A DNA stretch of 32,000 nucleotides, taken from the NCBI RefSeq assembly GCF_003231495.1, contig NZ_PQWO01000015.1, positions 101,861 to 133,860 on the forward strand, in the 5' to 3' direction. Under the pieces are notes generated by a model. It was not told the origin of the DNA. It searched no databases and worked only from the letters and a program-made list of their open reading frames with translations. Every line of letters starts with the position of its first letter. The stretch's first letter is position 1. The position numbers and the translations under genes were made by a program. Positions 17,448-26,148 of this stretch are shown piece by piece. This DNA is from Acaryochloris thomasi RCC1774. Its GTDB lineage: Bacteria > Cyanobacteriota > Cyanobacteriia > Thermosynechococcales > Thermosynechococcaceae.

Positions 17448-19543
17448 CTATCTGTCTCCAGTGAGAGCTGTTTGGCCCCTGTAGACTTGGCGCTGGAAGA
17501 ACGGCGACGGCGGCGGCGTTTGGGATCAGCTTTAGGCACCTCTGTCTTAATTTCCTCGGCCCTGAGTTCCTCAACCACAGCTTCCTGCGTCGAGACTTCT
17601 GGGGATGTCGTATCTGACTCTGAGATCACAGCAGGCACCTCGGTCGCCGTCGCAGGGGCGACATCCGAGACCTTGATCGGGGGTGCGGGTGACTCTGACT
17701 TAGATCTGCGTCCTCGCCTAGGTTTAGACTCCGCTTGAGGCGTAGCCTCGGCCTCAGGCGTTGAATCGTCTGTTTTATCCTTCAAAGACACAACTTTGAC
17801 CGGAGGTGTTTTCTCTTCACCAGGCAAACAAACATCAACGGTCACCGACTTCGGATTTTTAATGGTGCCGTCATACAGTGCCAAAGGTGAGATGCCCATG
17901 AACCCGTAGACAATCTGTTCCTCAGCGGTCATGGTGATGCTAATGAGCTCGGGGGGCGCTTCTTCCTGCTTTCTACTGGTCTCTGAACGGCTGGGTCGGG
18001 AGCGGTCAGGGCTAGTCTTCGTCGGCAATACGACGCCATTAGATTCAGCAGGCTTAGGCGGCTTTTTCTCAGATCCAGACCGCATCCGCGAAGAGGTGCG
18101 AGATAGACTATCGCCGAGTCTGGCCCGTCGCCGTCGTTTGCGAGTCCCCTGCTCCTGATAGCTAGGATGATTGGTTAAATCTAGCTCCTGTAAATTCTTA
18201 GAGGGGTCCAGCGATGGCGAGCCTACATCAGGAAGCGAAGGAGCCGCTCGCCGCGAGGAGCGTCGGGGGGCGGAGCGTTCAACGGATTCGCCCACTTCTT
18301 CTGGGTCAGAACCCGGTAAATGTGCAAGATGACCGAGTCCACCGCAGGTGGGGCAGGGCTGGCCAAACAGCTCATAGATGTTTTGTCCCTGCCGCTTGCG
18401 AGTCAGCTCAACAAGGCCAAGTTCAGAAAGCTGGGCAATCTGAGGGCGCGACTTGTCGGGTTTAATGGCTTTATTGAAGTGCTCCAGCACCTGGAGCTGA
18501 TCTCGGCGCGAGTCCATATCAATGAAGTCAATGATAATCACCCCGGCGATGTTACGCAGCCGTAACTGACGGGCAATCTCGGTGGCGGCTTCACAATTAG
18601 TCCACAGCACGGTTTCTCGGGCGGTGGCCGACCGCGTGAAGGAGCCAGAGTTGACGTCTACCACCGTTAGCGCTTCGGTGCGTTCAATGATGATGTAACC
18701 ACCGGAGGGTAAATCAACCCTCGGCTTAAGGGCTTCGCGAATGGCAGCGTTGACGCGGAAGTACTCCAGAATGGACGCTGCTTCGTGATGCTGGTCAACG
18801 AGTACCCCCTGGGGCAACCGACTTTCATTCCAGGACATCAGGTGCTGTTTAACGCGCTTGAGGCCGGGACTCGAATCAATCACGATCCGGTTAACGTCAT
18901 CGCTGTAAACGTCTCTCAACACCCGCTGGACGAAATCGTCATCTCGATCTAGCAATGAAGGAGCGCGGGAAGAACTAGCCTGCTGCTGCACAGATTCCCA
19001 TTGCTTCTGCAGCATTTCTAGATCTTCGATGATCGCGTCTTCAGGCACATCTTCGGCTTCGGTCCGCACCAATAGGCCCATACCGGCAGGCTTCACTAAA
19101 ATACCGAGGGCGCGTAGTCGATTACGCTCTTCTTCATTGCGAATCCGGCGCGAGAGGTTAACGCCTCGGCCTGAGGGCATTAAGACGAGATACCGTCCTG
19201 GCAGTGAGAGGTTCCCCGTTAGACGCGGTCCTTTATTGCCGGTGGGCTCTTTCATCACCTGCACCAGCACTTTTTGCTGAGGCGTCAGTAGCTCGGTAAT
19301 TGCGCCAGCAGAGCGCTTCAGACGTACCGGTCCGAGGTCACTCACGTGGATAAAACCGTTCTTTTCGGTGTCGCCTAGGTTGACGAAGGCGGCATCAATA
19401 CCGGGCAAGACATTCTCAACGACCCCGAGATAGATATCACCGACTTGGTGGCTGCCGGTGGCCACAATAATTTCTTGAATTTGGTCTTCTGAAAATACAG
19501 CAGCAATTCGATGCTGTTCGGCAATGATGATTTGCTTGGACAT
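17444..19543 (-). CDS. rne: ribonuclease E (cyanobacterial type: compact catalytic N-terminal half plus disordered Arg/Pro/Ser/Glu-rich C-terminal half)
   Basis: S1 domain GDIYLGVVENVLPGIDAAFVNLG, DNase-I-like/5' sensor blocks, and Zn-link CPTCGGLGH. C-terminal KRRRRRRSSSA motif. Confidence 0.92.
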   Translation of the reverse strand: MSKQIIIAEQHRIAAVFSEDQIQEIIVATGSHQVGDIYLGVVENVLPGIDAAFVNLGDTEKNGFIHVSDLGPVRLKRSAGAITELLTPQQKVLVQVMKEPTGNKGPRLTGNLSLPGRYLVLMPSGRGVNLSRRIRNEEERNRLRALGILVKPAGMGLLVRTEAEDVPEDAIIEDLEMLQKQWESVQQQASSSRAPSLLDRDDDFVQRVLRDVYSDDVNRIVIDSSPGLKRVKQHLMSWNESRLPQGVLVDQHHEAASILEYFRVNAAIREALKPRVDLPSGGYIIIERTEALTVVDVNSGSFTRSATARETVLWTNCEAATEIARQLRLRNIAGVIIIDFIDMDSRRDQLQVLEHFNKAIKPDKSRPQIAQLSELGLVELTRKRQGQNIYELFGQPCPTCGGLGHLAHLPGSDPEEVGESVERSAPRRSSRRAAPSLPDVGSPSLDPSKNLQELDLTNHPSYQEQGTRKRRRRARLGDSLSRTSSRMRSGSEKKPPKPAESNGVVLPTKTSPDRSRPSRSETSRKQEEAPPELISITMTAEEQIVYGFMGISPLALYDGTIKNPKSVTVDVCLPGEEKTPPVKVVSLKDKTDDSTPEAEATPQAESKPRRGRRSKSESPAPPIKVSDVAPATATEVPAVISESDTTSPEVSTQEAVVEELRAEEIKTEVPKADPKRRRRRRSSSAKSTGAKQLSLETDS

Positions 19544-19970
19544 TCAATTTCCTCGAAAGCTGCCAGCCCTCAGACCTAGGATTCATCCGAGGCACGGTTG
19601 GGGCTGACGTGACAAATTTGAGAGTAGAGAAAGGCGATTTACCGTGAACCCTAGAGGTTGCTCGAAGGCTATTTCTAATAAATTCATTAAGTTGTAAGAA
19701 GCCTTGGAATTGCTTGAGAGATCGTTCATTTCAAGCACTGCATCTGATACGCTAGCAAGCCATTGAAATGCAAATTTTCAACAACGGCATTCACTGCATG
19801 ATGCAAGCTTAAGTCTAGCATCTTAGACAGAAAAGCTGACGCGCTTGCCAGAAGTCAACCGATTAGAGCGTCCGTGGGGGCTAACTCAGGTTCTAACTTC
19901 TACGAACAGTCTGCAAGAGCTTTAGTTGCCAAGCATTATAGCGTGGAGTTGTCCCCCTCAATGCTGAGTT
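19544..19970 (-). promoter_or_regulatory. 427-nt untranslated region between cobS and rne (rne promoter/long leader candidate)
   Basis: No credible ORF. This is an unusually long gap in a string of otherwise tightly spaced co-directional genes. No specific element was identified. Confidence 0.35.
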
Positions 19971-20759
19971 TTAGATAAAGTTTGTGGAGTGCAGTATCGG
20001 CAAGGTGAAAACGCACAGCAGTAGAGCTTCGGTCCATTCGACGATGGCACCATAGACGTCGCCGGTCATGCCGCTTAATTGCTGATTGAACCATAGTCCA
20101 GTACCGGCAGAGATGAGTGCTGCGGCAATGAGCGTTAGACCGGCTTCCAGCGGCGTGTCTATTAAGGCGTGAAAGCTAGCAAGTCCAGTCAGGATCATGA
20201 GGCCAGGAATAAAATCCCAGGGCAGTTGGAGATGTTGTCGATGAAAAGCGCCTTTGCCCTCTGGCTTGAGGTAGGGGTAAGTTGCGATCGCAACCATTTG
20301 TCCCCATCGCCCCCAAGCGGCAGCCAACATCAACACCAGAGGTCGGTATACAGGGACCGCGCTGAGCGCACAGACCTTAAGCGACAGAATGATCACCGCC
20401 ACCATGACGCCAAAGGCACCGCTGCGACTATCGGCCATCACCTCTAACCGACGATCTGGCTGCATGACCGCCAAACCATCAGCAGTATCCATCGCGCCGT
20501 CTAAGTGAAGGCCACCCGTGAGGCCCACCCAAAGTGCCACAATCAAGGCACTGCGAGGTAGCAAAGGCATCTGCAGCAGTCCGAGGCCAAAATCCGCTAA
20601 CCCCAACAACGCACCCAGCACTAAGCCAATGCCTGTAGCCCATCGGGCAATGCGAGTGAACTGCAGCGGTAGCTTAGCCGGTAGCGGCAGGCAGGTATAG
20701 AAAACCCACGCACCCCCCACTTGCTGAAAGGCGGCGGTTAGACTTGCCCTAAGTTCCAT
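19971..20759 (-). CDS. cobS: adenosylcobinamide-GDP ribazoletransferase (cobalamin synthase)
   Basis: Polytopic membrane protein with the CobS motif GGLHLDGAMDTADG. 262 aa. Confidence 0.9.
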   Translation of the reverse strand: MELRASLTAAFQQVGGAWVFYTCLPLPAKLPLQFTRIARWATGIGLVLGALLGLADFGLGLLQMPLLPRSALIVALWVGLTGGLHLDGAMDTADGLAVMQPDRRLEVMADSRSGAFGVMVAVIILSLKVCALSAVPVYRPLVLMLAAAWGRWGQMVAIATYPYLKPEGKGAFHRQHLQLPWDFIPGLMILTGLASFHALIDTPLEAGLTLIAAALISAGTGLWFNQQLSGMTGDVYGAIVEWTEALLLCVFTLPILHSTNFI

Positions 20760-20776
20760 TGATCAGCAAATCGCCT

Positions 20777-22168
20777 CTAGCTAGAGGCTACGCCAGAACT
20801 ACGGCGCTTAATCGGACTAGGGGGAGGCGTCTTCTTCACTGGCTTCGGTGAGTTGAGAGCGTCCAGCTTCTCACCCACAGCCGGATAGCGATCAAAGGCC
20901 ATCTGTAGAGCCGCCGCCGCCACCGCACTCGTGTCGTACTCTTCACCCAATTGAGAAACCAGTGGCAGGAAGGAAGCTAATCTTTCCCCAGTCAAAATGC
21001 CGTGAATCTCTTCAGTGAGCTGTTCAATGCGCTGAGCTTCGATTTGCGATCGCGTCGGCGTCGGCAGAACCGGAATCGTCTGATTGACGTGCTTCTCAAT
21101 CCCACGCAACTTCCAAAGATCAAGCGGGTGAATTAAAGAAATAGCGGTTCCTTCGTTTCCGGCTCGGCCAGTGCGGCCAATGCGATGCACATAGCTCTCA
21201 GGGCTATCAGGCAAATCATAGTTAATCACGTGAGTTAAATCGTCAACGTGAATTCCACGAGCAGCAATATCGGTAGCGACAACCCAACGAATCTGGCCCT
21301 GACGGAATCGGCCGAGCAGGCGCTCTCTCTGCCCCTGGCTCAAGTCGCCATGATACTCATCGGCACTGTAGCCTGCCCCCTGAAGCTGCTGAGTTAGATT
21401 GGCTGCATCTCGACGGGTGCGAACAAAGATAATCGCAGAGGCTGGGTTCTCTAGCTCTAAGACCGCCTGCAAAACAGTCGGACGCGCCCAAACCCGAGGA
21501 ATCTTATAGGCAATTTGATTGATGCGAGAGGGTGCAGCCTTAGGCTGCTCCACCGTGATCGTGACCGGATCGTTTAGGAACTGCTTCGTGAGCTTGTAGA
21601 TCTCTGGCGGCATCGTCGCTGAGAAGAACGCCGTCTGTCGCTCCTTCGGAATTTGCTTCAGGATCTTACGAACATCAGGGATAAATCCCATATTCAGCAT
21701 CTCATCAGCTTCGTCGAGGACAAACCACTGGACCTGAGCCAAAGAGAGTTCGCCACGACTGAGCAGGTCTAACATCCGTCCCGGAGTACCGACCACCACT
21801 TGAACACCGCGACGAAGCTGAGAAATCTGGCGATCAATAGCTTGTCCACCGTAGATAGCAAGCACCCTGAGGTCGCGATCGCTTTTAAAAGAATGAATAG
21901 CTTGGCGCACCTGAACCGCGAGTTCTCGAGTGGGCGTCAAAATTAAAGCCTGAATCGCACCCGATGCTGGATCGACACGCTCTAAAATCGGCAAAGCAAA
22001 AGCTGCAGTTTTACCGGTACCGGTCTGAGCCTGACCAACCATATCCTTCCCTTCCAGCAACAGGGGAATGGTTTGCGCCTGAATCGGGGTCGGCTCTTTA
22101 AAGTCTAAAGCCTCAAGACACTCGACACGATGCTGCGAAAGACCGAGCTGGCTAAACGAATGGGTCAT
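20777..22168 (-). CDS. crhR: DEAD-box RNA helicase, CrhR-like
   Basis: Q motif, AQTGTGKT, PTRELA, DEAD (VLDEADEM), SAT, HRIGRTGRAG, and the CrhR-type C-terminal extension GERLASFLPLVSQLGEEYD...AAAALQM. It sits directly downstream of rimO, as in Synechocystis. Confidence 0.9.
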   Translation of the reverse strand: MTHSFSQLGLSQHRVECLEALDFKEPTPIQAQTIPLLLEGKDMVGQAQTGTGKTAAFALPILERVDPASGAIQALILTPTRELAVQVRQAIHSFKSDRDLRVLAIYGGQAIDRQISQLRRGVQVVVGTPGRMLDLLSRGELSLAQVQWFVLDEADEMLNMGFIPDVRKILKQIPKERQTAFFSATMPPEIYKLTKQFLNDPVTITVEQPKAAPSRINQIAYKIPRVWARPTVLQAVLELENPASAIIFVRTRRDAANLTQQLQGAGYSADEYHGDLSQGQRERLLGRFRQGQIRWVVATDIAARGIHVDDLTHVINYDLPDSPESYVHRIGRTGRAGNEGTAISLIHPLDLWKLRGIEKHVNQTIPVLPTPTRSQIEAQRIEQLTEEIHGILTGERLASFLPLVSQLGEEYDTSAVAAAALQMAFDRYPAVGEKLDALNSPKPVKKTPPPSPIKRRSSGVASS

Positions 22169-22250
22169 GCAATCTCCTATGGTTATCCATTAGGCGATGC
22201 CACTCGCCCATCTCTATCTTGCAATAAAATGTTACAAAAAGCGATATCCC

Positions 22251-23597
22251 TTAAGGATTATTACAGAGATGGCCGTGGAGATCGTAGGCATCCGCTGCGA
22301 CAATCTCAACAGGGACAAGGCTTCCAAGGCGTACCGCCTGATTTTGGGATCCGCCTTCCTGGGGGTGAATATAGACGAGGCCATCCACATCGGCAGCAAA
22401 TCGAGACGATCTCCCAATTAGTTTTCCCGTTCCAGGGTGCTCTTGCTCCACTAGCACATTGACAATCTGCCCCACCTGCTGAAGGTTTCGCTCTAAAGAG
22501 ATCGGCTGCTGAATCTGCATGATGCGATCGCGGCGAGCATCCATGATCTCCTGCGGCAGCTGGTTCGGCAGGTCATGGGCCGCAGTGCCCTCCTCCGGGG
22601 AAAAAGTGAACACACCCACATGGTCAAACTGGTGGCGCTGGACAAACTCACACAGATGCTCAAAGTGGGCCTCCGTCTCGCCAGGAAATCCCACAATAAA
22701 AGTTGTTCTTAAGACAGCATCTGGGAGCGCAGCTTTGAGGCGTTCAATAATCTTGTCGTTTACCTGACCTTGCCAAGGGCGATTCATCGATCGCAGAACT
22801 TCAGGATGAGAGTGCTGCAGCGGCAGGTCAAGATAGGGCAGCACGTTACCTGTTTCTTGAATGGCTTCCAGGACTGCCGGGGTGAGCCCCGTCGGATAGG
22901 CATAGTGCATCCGAATCCACGACACATCGACTTTGCCTAACGCCCGCAGCAGCTCGGCTAAATGAGGCTTGCCATAGATATCTAAGCCATAGTTGGTCGT
23001 GATTTGAGAGATCAGACTCAATTCCTGGACGCCTTGAGCTGCAAGCTGTTCTGCTTCCGCCACAATTGATTCAATAGACCGAGACCGCTGCTTGCCGCGC
23101 AGGTGAGGAATAATGCAAAATGCGCAGCTATAGTCGCAGCCTTCAGCAATCCGTAGGTAGGCCATCCCTTCGGTGGTCGTGCGATAGCGGGGGACTGTTT
23201 CGTCCGCAATATAGGTTGGCTCAGGCGTGACTTCCGTAACGCGATTCCCCTGTTCAACCTGTTCAATTACATCCACAATTTTGTGATAGTCGCCCGTTCC
23301 CACTAGGGCCACGGCTTCGGGCAATTCTTCAAGCAATTCTTCTTGAAAGTGCTGAGCCATACAGCCCGTGATCACAATTTTCTTATCGGCCTCGGCCAGT
23401 TCCACTAAGGTGCGGACCGATTCTTGCCGCGCTTCTTGAATGAAGCTGCAGGTATTGACGATCACGTAGTCAGCCATAGCTTCATCGCTATCAACGCCAT
23501 AGCCTGCCTCCACTAGAAGCCCCAGCATATGCTCGGTATCAACGCGATTTTTTTCACAGCCCAGATGGGTAACTGCAATCGTAGATTTATCGGCCAT
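22251..23597 (-). CDS. rimO: ribosomal protein S12 methylthiotransferase RimO (radical SAM)
   Basis: UPF0004 N-domain ([16 protein letters not shown]), radical-SAM cluster CDYSCAFC, and a C-terminal TRAM-like region. Confidence 0.92.
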   Translation of the reverse strand: MADKSTIAVTHLGCEKNRVDTEHMLGLLVEAGYGVDSDEAMADYVIVNTCSFIQEARQESVRTLVELAEADKKIVITGCMAQHFQEELLEELPEAVALVGTGDYHKIVDVIEQVEQGNRVTEVTPEPTYIADETVPRYRTTTEGMAYLRIAEGCDYSCAFCIIPHLRGKQRSRSIESIVAEAEQLAAQGVQELSLISQITTNYGLDIYGKPHLAELLRALGKVDVSWIRMHYAYPTGLTPAVLEAIQETGNVLPYLDLPLQHSHPEVLRSMNRPWQGQVNDKIIERLKAALPDAVLRTTFIVGFPGETEAHFEHLCEFVQRHQFDHVGVFTFSPEEGTAAHDLPNQLPQEIMDARRDRIMQIQQPISLERNLQQVGQIVNVLVEQEHPGTGKLIGRSSRFAADVDGLVYIHPQEGGSQNQAVRLGSLVPVEIVAADAYDLHGHLCNNP

Positions 23598-24077
23598 AGA
23601 AATTAAGACAAAGCTTTGAAGTTTCCCTAGGTCATCCTAGCCTATTGAAGTCGGACAGATTTCCAGACCCCAGATTGGCCAGAAGGTGATGATTTATGCA
23701 CCCATAAGATATCTTCAATGATTAATCCAGTATCCTTTACCCCATAAGCGTCACGAGCATTTCTCTATCAATTTCATCACCAACATTTTGGCTCTCAGAT
23801 ATCTTCACAAGTTCCTCAAGGTTCTAGCTTAGGGTGCTGTTAGTGTCAGGCGGATAACTCTGAAAACGCTAGCGCAGAGTCCCTAACCTTTGTTCAGACA
23901 CCTACGGGGTAAACATTAAAGTCGTTCAACTTTGCAATTAAATCTTTCAACTCAGCATCTATTGCGAACAAGGAACTGGGGTCCGAGGCCGTTTTATAGC
24001 TTGCTGTGATGGTTCGTAATCAACCCCACCTGTCAGAGAAAGAAACCAGCACACCATCACGGAACGAAGCAAAATCG

Positions 24078-24458
24078 ATGTCTACTAAGCAGATATTAGT
24101 GATCGATAACGAATGCTATATCCAGGAAATTATCCAAATTGCCCTCGAAACAATTAGCGGATGGCAGGTGTTCACAGCCGGTTCTGGACGCGAGGGACTA
24201 GCAATGGCGGAGCAAAGCCAACCCGATGCAATCCTGCTGGACGTAATGATGCCCGACATGGATGGCCTGACCACCTTTGCCAAACTACAGGAGAACAATA
24301 AAACTCAAGCCATTCCCGTCATTCTATTGACTGCTAAGGTACAGGCAGCCGATCAACAACGGTATCGAGACCTGGGTGTAAAAGCGACTCTATCCAAGCC
24401 CTTCGACCCCCTGCAGCTACCCACTCAGATCTCAGATGTACTAGGTTGGGCCACATAA
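24078..24458 (+). CDS. single-domain CheY-like response regulator
   Basis: KQILVIDNE, phospho-acceptor context AILLDVMMPDMDG, ILLTAK, and KP (SKPF). I chose ATG 24078. The ORF is open from GTG 24006 / ATG 24009. Confidence 0.85.
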   Translation: MSTKQILVIDNECYIQEIIQIALETISGWQVFTAGSGREGLAMAEQSQPDAILLDVMMPDMDGLTTFAKLQENNKTQAIPVILLTAKVQAADQQRYRDLGVKATLSKPFDPLQLPTQISDVLGWAT

Positions 24459-24488
24459 AACTATTTGCTATTGAAGTGTTCCTACTTC

Positions 24489-24758
24489 TTATTTGCTTTT
24501 CAAAGCAGTGTCTTTGTGCAGACTAGAATAAGCCTCAACAACTCGTTCTAGCAGCCTAATCGACGGTGCATGACGCCAAGAGAATCGACAACTTTCACAA
24601 ACCTGCATCCGATTGCTACAAATGATCTGACTGGGAGCATCCCACTTCGGTATCTGACGATTAAAATCGCAGCTAGAAAAACCAAAATTGCCTGCGCAGG
24701 TTAAAGACAATGCGTGAGTCCGCGTAGGCGGCTCCCTTCTATGTAGTCGCGATTTCAA
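24489..24758 (-). CDS. questionable Cys-rich ORF (89 aa, TTG start)
   Basis: Contains CAGNFGFSSC and CSNRMQVCESC spacing that could bind metal. However, it has a TTG start, no SD and no family I recognise. Confidence 0.2.
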   Translation of the reverse strand: MKSRLHRREPPTRTHALSLTCAGNFGFSSCDFNRQIPKWDAPSQIICSNRMQVCESCRFSWRHAPSIRLLERVVEAYSSLHKDTALKSK

Positions 24759-25082
24759 TCGCCCGGCGTTTCTGCAAAAATGGGGTGCTCTCCATCTGAC
24801 TTACATGCATAATACGGCTGATCCGTTGCTAGAGAATGACTCATAAAATGTAGAACCTAAGTCAAGAGGAGCTGCTGTCGAAGAGTATTGCCAGGATAGT
24901 GACAACCCTGTAGAAGGGGTTCATGAAGACATTTTTTTTGACGGTGACATCTTTTTTTCAGAACTCCGGCAAGCCAATTAAATCATAGTCAAATCATGGG
25001 GAAGAACAAGATCAAAAGCATAAATTCTCTAGAAATTTTGAATCTACATTAGTAGCCAAGTATTACAGCGGCCCATTCTTTA

Positions 25083-25370
25083 TCAGCCTTTATGGTAAGA
25101 GTCACCTTTACTGTTTTGGCTATAATTTATCTTCTGCCTTGCTTTATCCACCTTGAGATCCCGTGCCATAACCTCCATTCCGTTAAGGGCTAAGATAGCG
25201 GCCTCTTCCTCGCTAGCCGTTTCCATCTCTACAAAGGCGAAGCCTCTATGACGGCCGGTATCGCGATGGGTGGGAATATTGACTTGTTTAACGGTGCCAT
25301 ATGCTGAAAAAACGTTGCTGATGTCTGCCTCAGCCATGTCGAAAGACAGATTACCAACATAAATTGACAT
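25083..25370 (-). CDS. RRM-type RNA-binding protein (cyanobacterial Rbp family, no Gly-rich tail)
   Basis: RNP2 IYVGNL and RNP1 RGFAFVEM. 95 aa. Confidence 0.92.
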   Translation of the reverse strand: MSIYVGNLSFDMAEADISNVFSAYGTVKQVNIPTHRDTGRHRGFAFVEMETASEEEAAILALNGMEVMARDLKVDKARQKINYSQNSKGDSYHKG

Positions 25371-25563
25371 CGTAGTTACTCCTAGAGAAAGGGCAGTTAT
25401 AAGCGATATTTACAATGTGATAAGTCAAGGGAAATATACTTAAACCCGATTTCATACTTTGCGATCGAGATGTAGTTAATTTTCGCTCTAAGATATCAAG
25501 GGAATGCATCTATCGACTTAGGGCACGGGATTTTTCAGTTTCTATCTTGAACCTATAATTCAT

Positions 25564-25583
25564 TTGTGAGGAAATTGTGAGGA
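25564..25583. repeat. tandem direct repeat TTGTGAGGA-AA-TTGTGAGGA (11-bp period)
   Basis: Exact 9-mers at 25564-25572 and 25575-25583 in the divergent rbp / DUF1830 intergenic region. A TATAAT hexamer lies at 25554-25559 on the + strand. Confidence 0.6.
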
Positions 25584-25818
25584 TAGAGAAATAGCGTTAA
25601 CGTCTTCAGTCCAATAAAGAGATGAGACTTCTTTTGTGATTCTGTTCTATACGCTCAACTCTCTCGATAGAAATCTTGAGTTGGTTTCTCGAAGGGACTC
25701 AGGATACTCTCACAGCTTTCACACATTGATCAATTAATCTCTTACATAGCAGGCGAAAGACTTGAATGCTGAAGTGAAGCACGGCAACAACGTAATCGAT
25801 GAAACGGAGCAGGCCGTC

Positions 25819-26109
25819 ATGCCACCTCAATTGAGTACAGAAATTGAACGTCCCAAGACTTTAACGCTGAACAGGAGGGACCTGTATTGCTATACCAACG
25901 ATACGAAACAGATTCAGATTATACGAATAGCCAGAGTCTCTGATAATTTCTTGGAGCGGACTGTCTTGCCCAATTGTCAGATCTTGTTTGCAGCAACGGC
26001 CGATGCTGAACTTGAAGTCTATACCTACGATGTTGCAACAGCGATTTTAACGGAACGAATTACTTGCGATCGCTTGATTACCCGTCAGCCTCTCAATGCT
26101 TCAAGATAG
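25819..26109 (+). CDS. DUF1830 domain protein
   Basis: LYCYTNDTKQIQIIRIARVSDNFLERTVLPNCQILFAATADAELEVYT matches my recollection of the DUF1830 pattern (CxYxN...QIxRI...FERxVxPxxxxLFxA). ATG 25819 chosen. The track ORF starts at TTG 25762. Confidence 0.7.
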   Translation: MPPQLSTEIERPKTLTLNRRDLYCYTNDTKQIQIIRIARVSDNFLERTVLPNCQILFAATADAELEVYTYDVATAILTERITCDRLITRQPLNASR

Positions 26110-26148
26110 AGGGCTGAGTTCTGCCGAGTTGACTCGATCAGGGGTTCG

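Noticed and set aside
22130-22462. 110-aa, 74-aa and 61-aa ORFs spanning the crhR-rimO spacer and the rimO 3' end.
   Set aside because: They overlap the rimO C-terminal coding region and the crhR start in other frames or strands. No motifs were found. The spacer is better explained as an intercistronic region.
24923-24988. 21-aa hydrophobic ORF (MKTFFLTVTSFFQNSGKPIKS) and two T8/T7 runs (GACATTTTTTTTGACGGTGACATCTTTTTTT) downstream of rbp.
   Set aside because: The ORF is tiny, and the AGGGG sits only 3 nt from the ATG. The T runs are on the + strand, so they cannot serve as the U tract of a terminator for the minus-strand rbp gene. No convincing stem precedes them.
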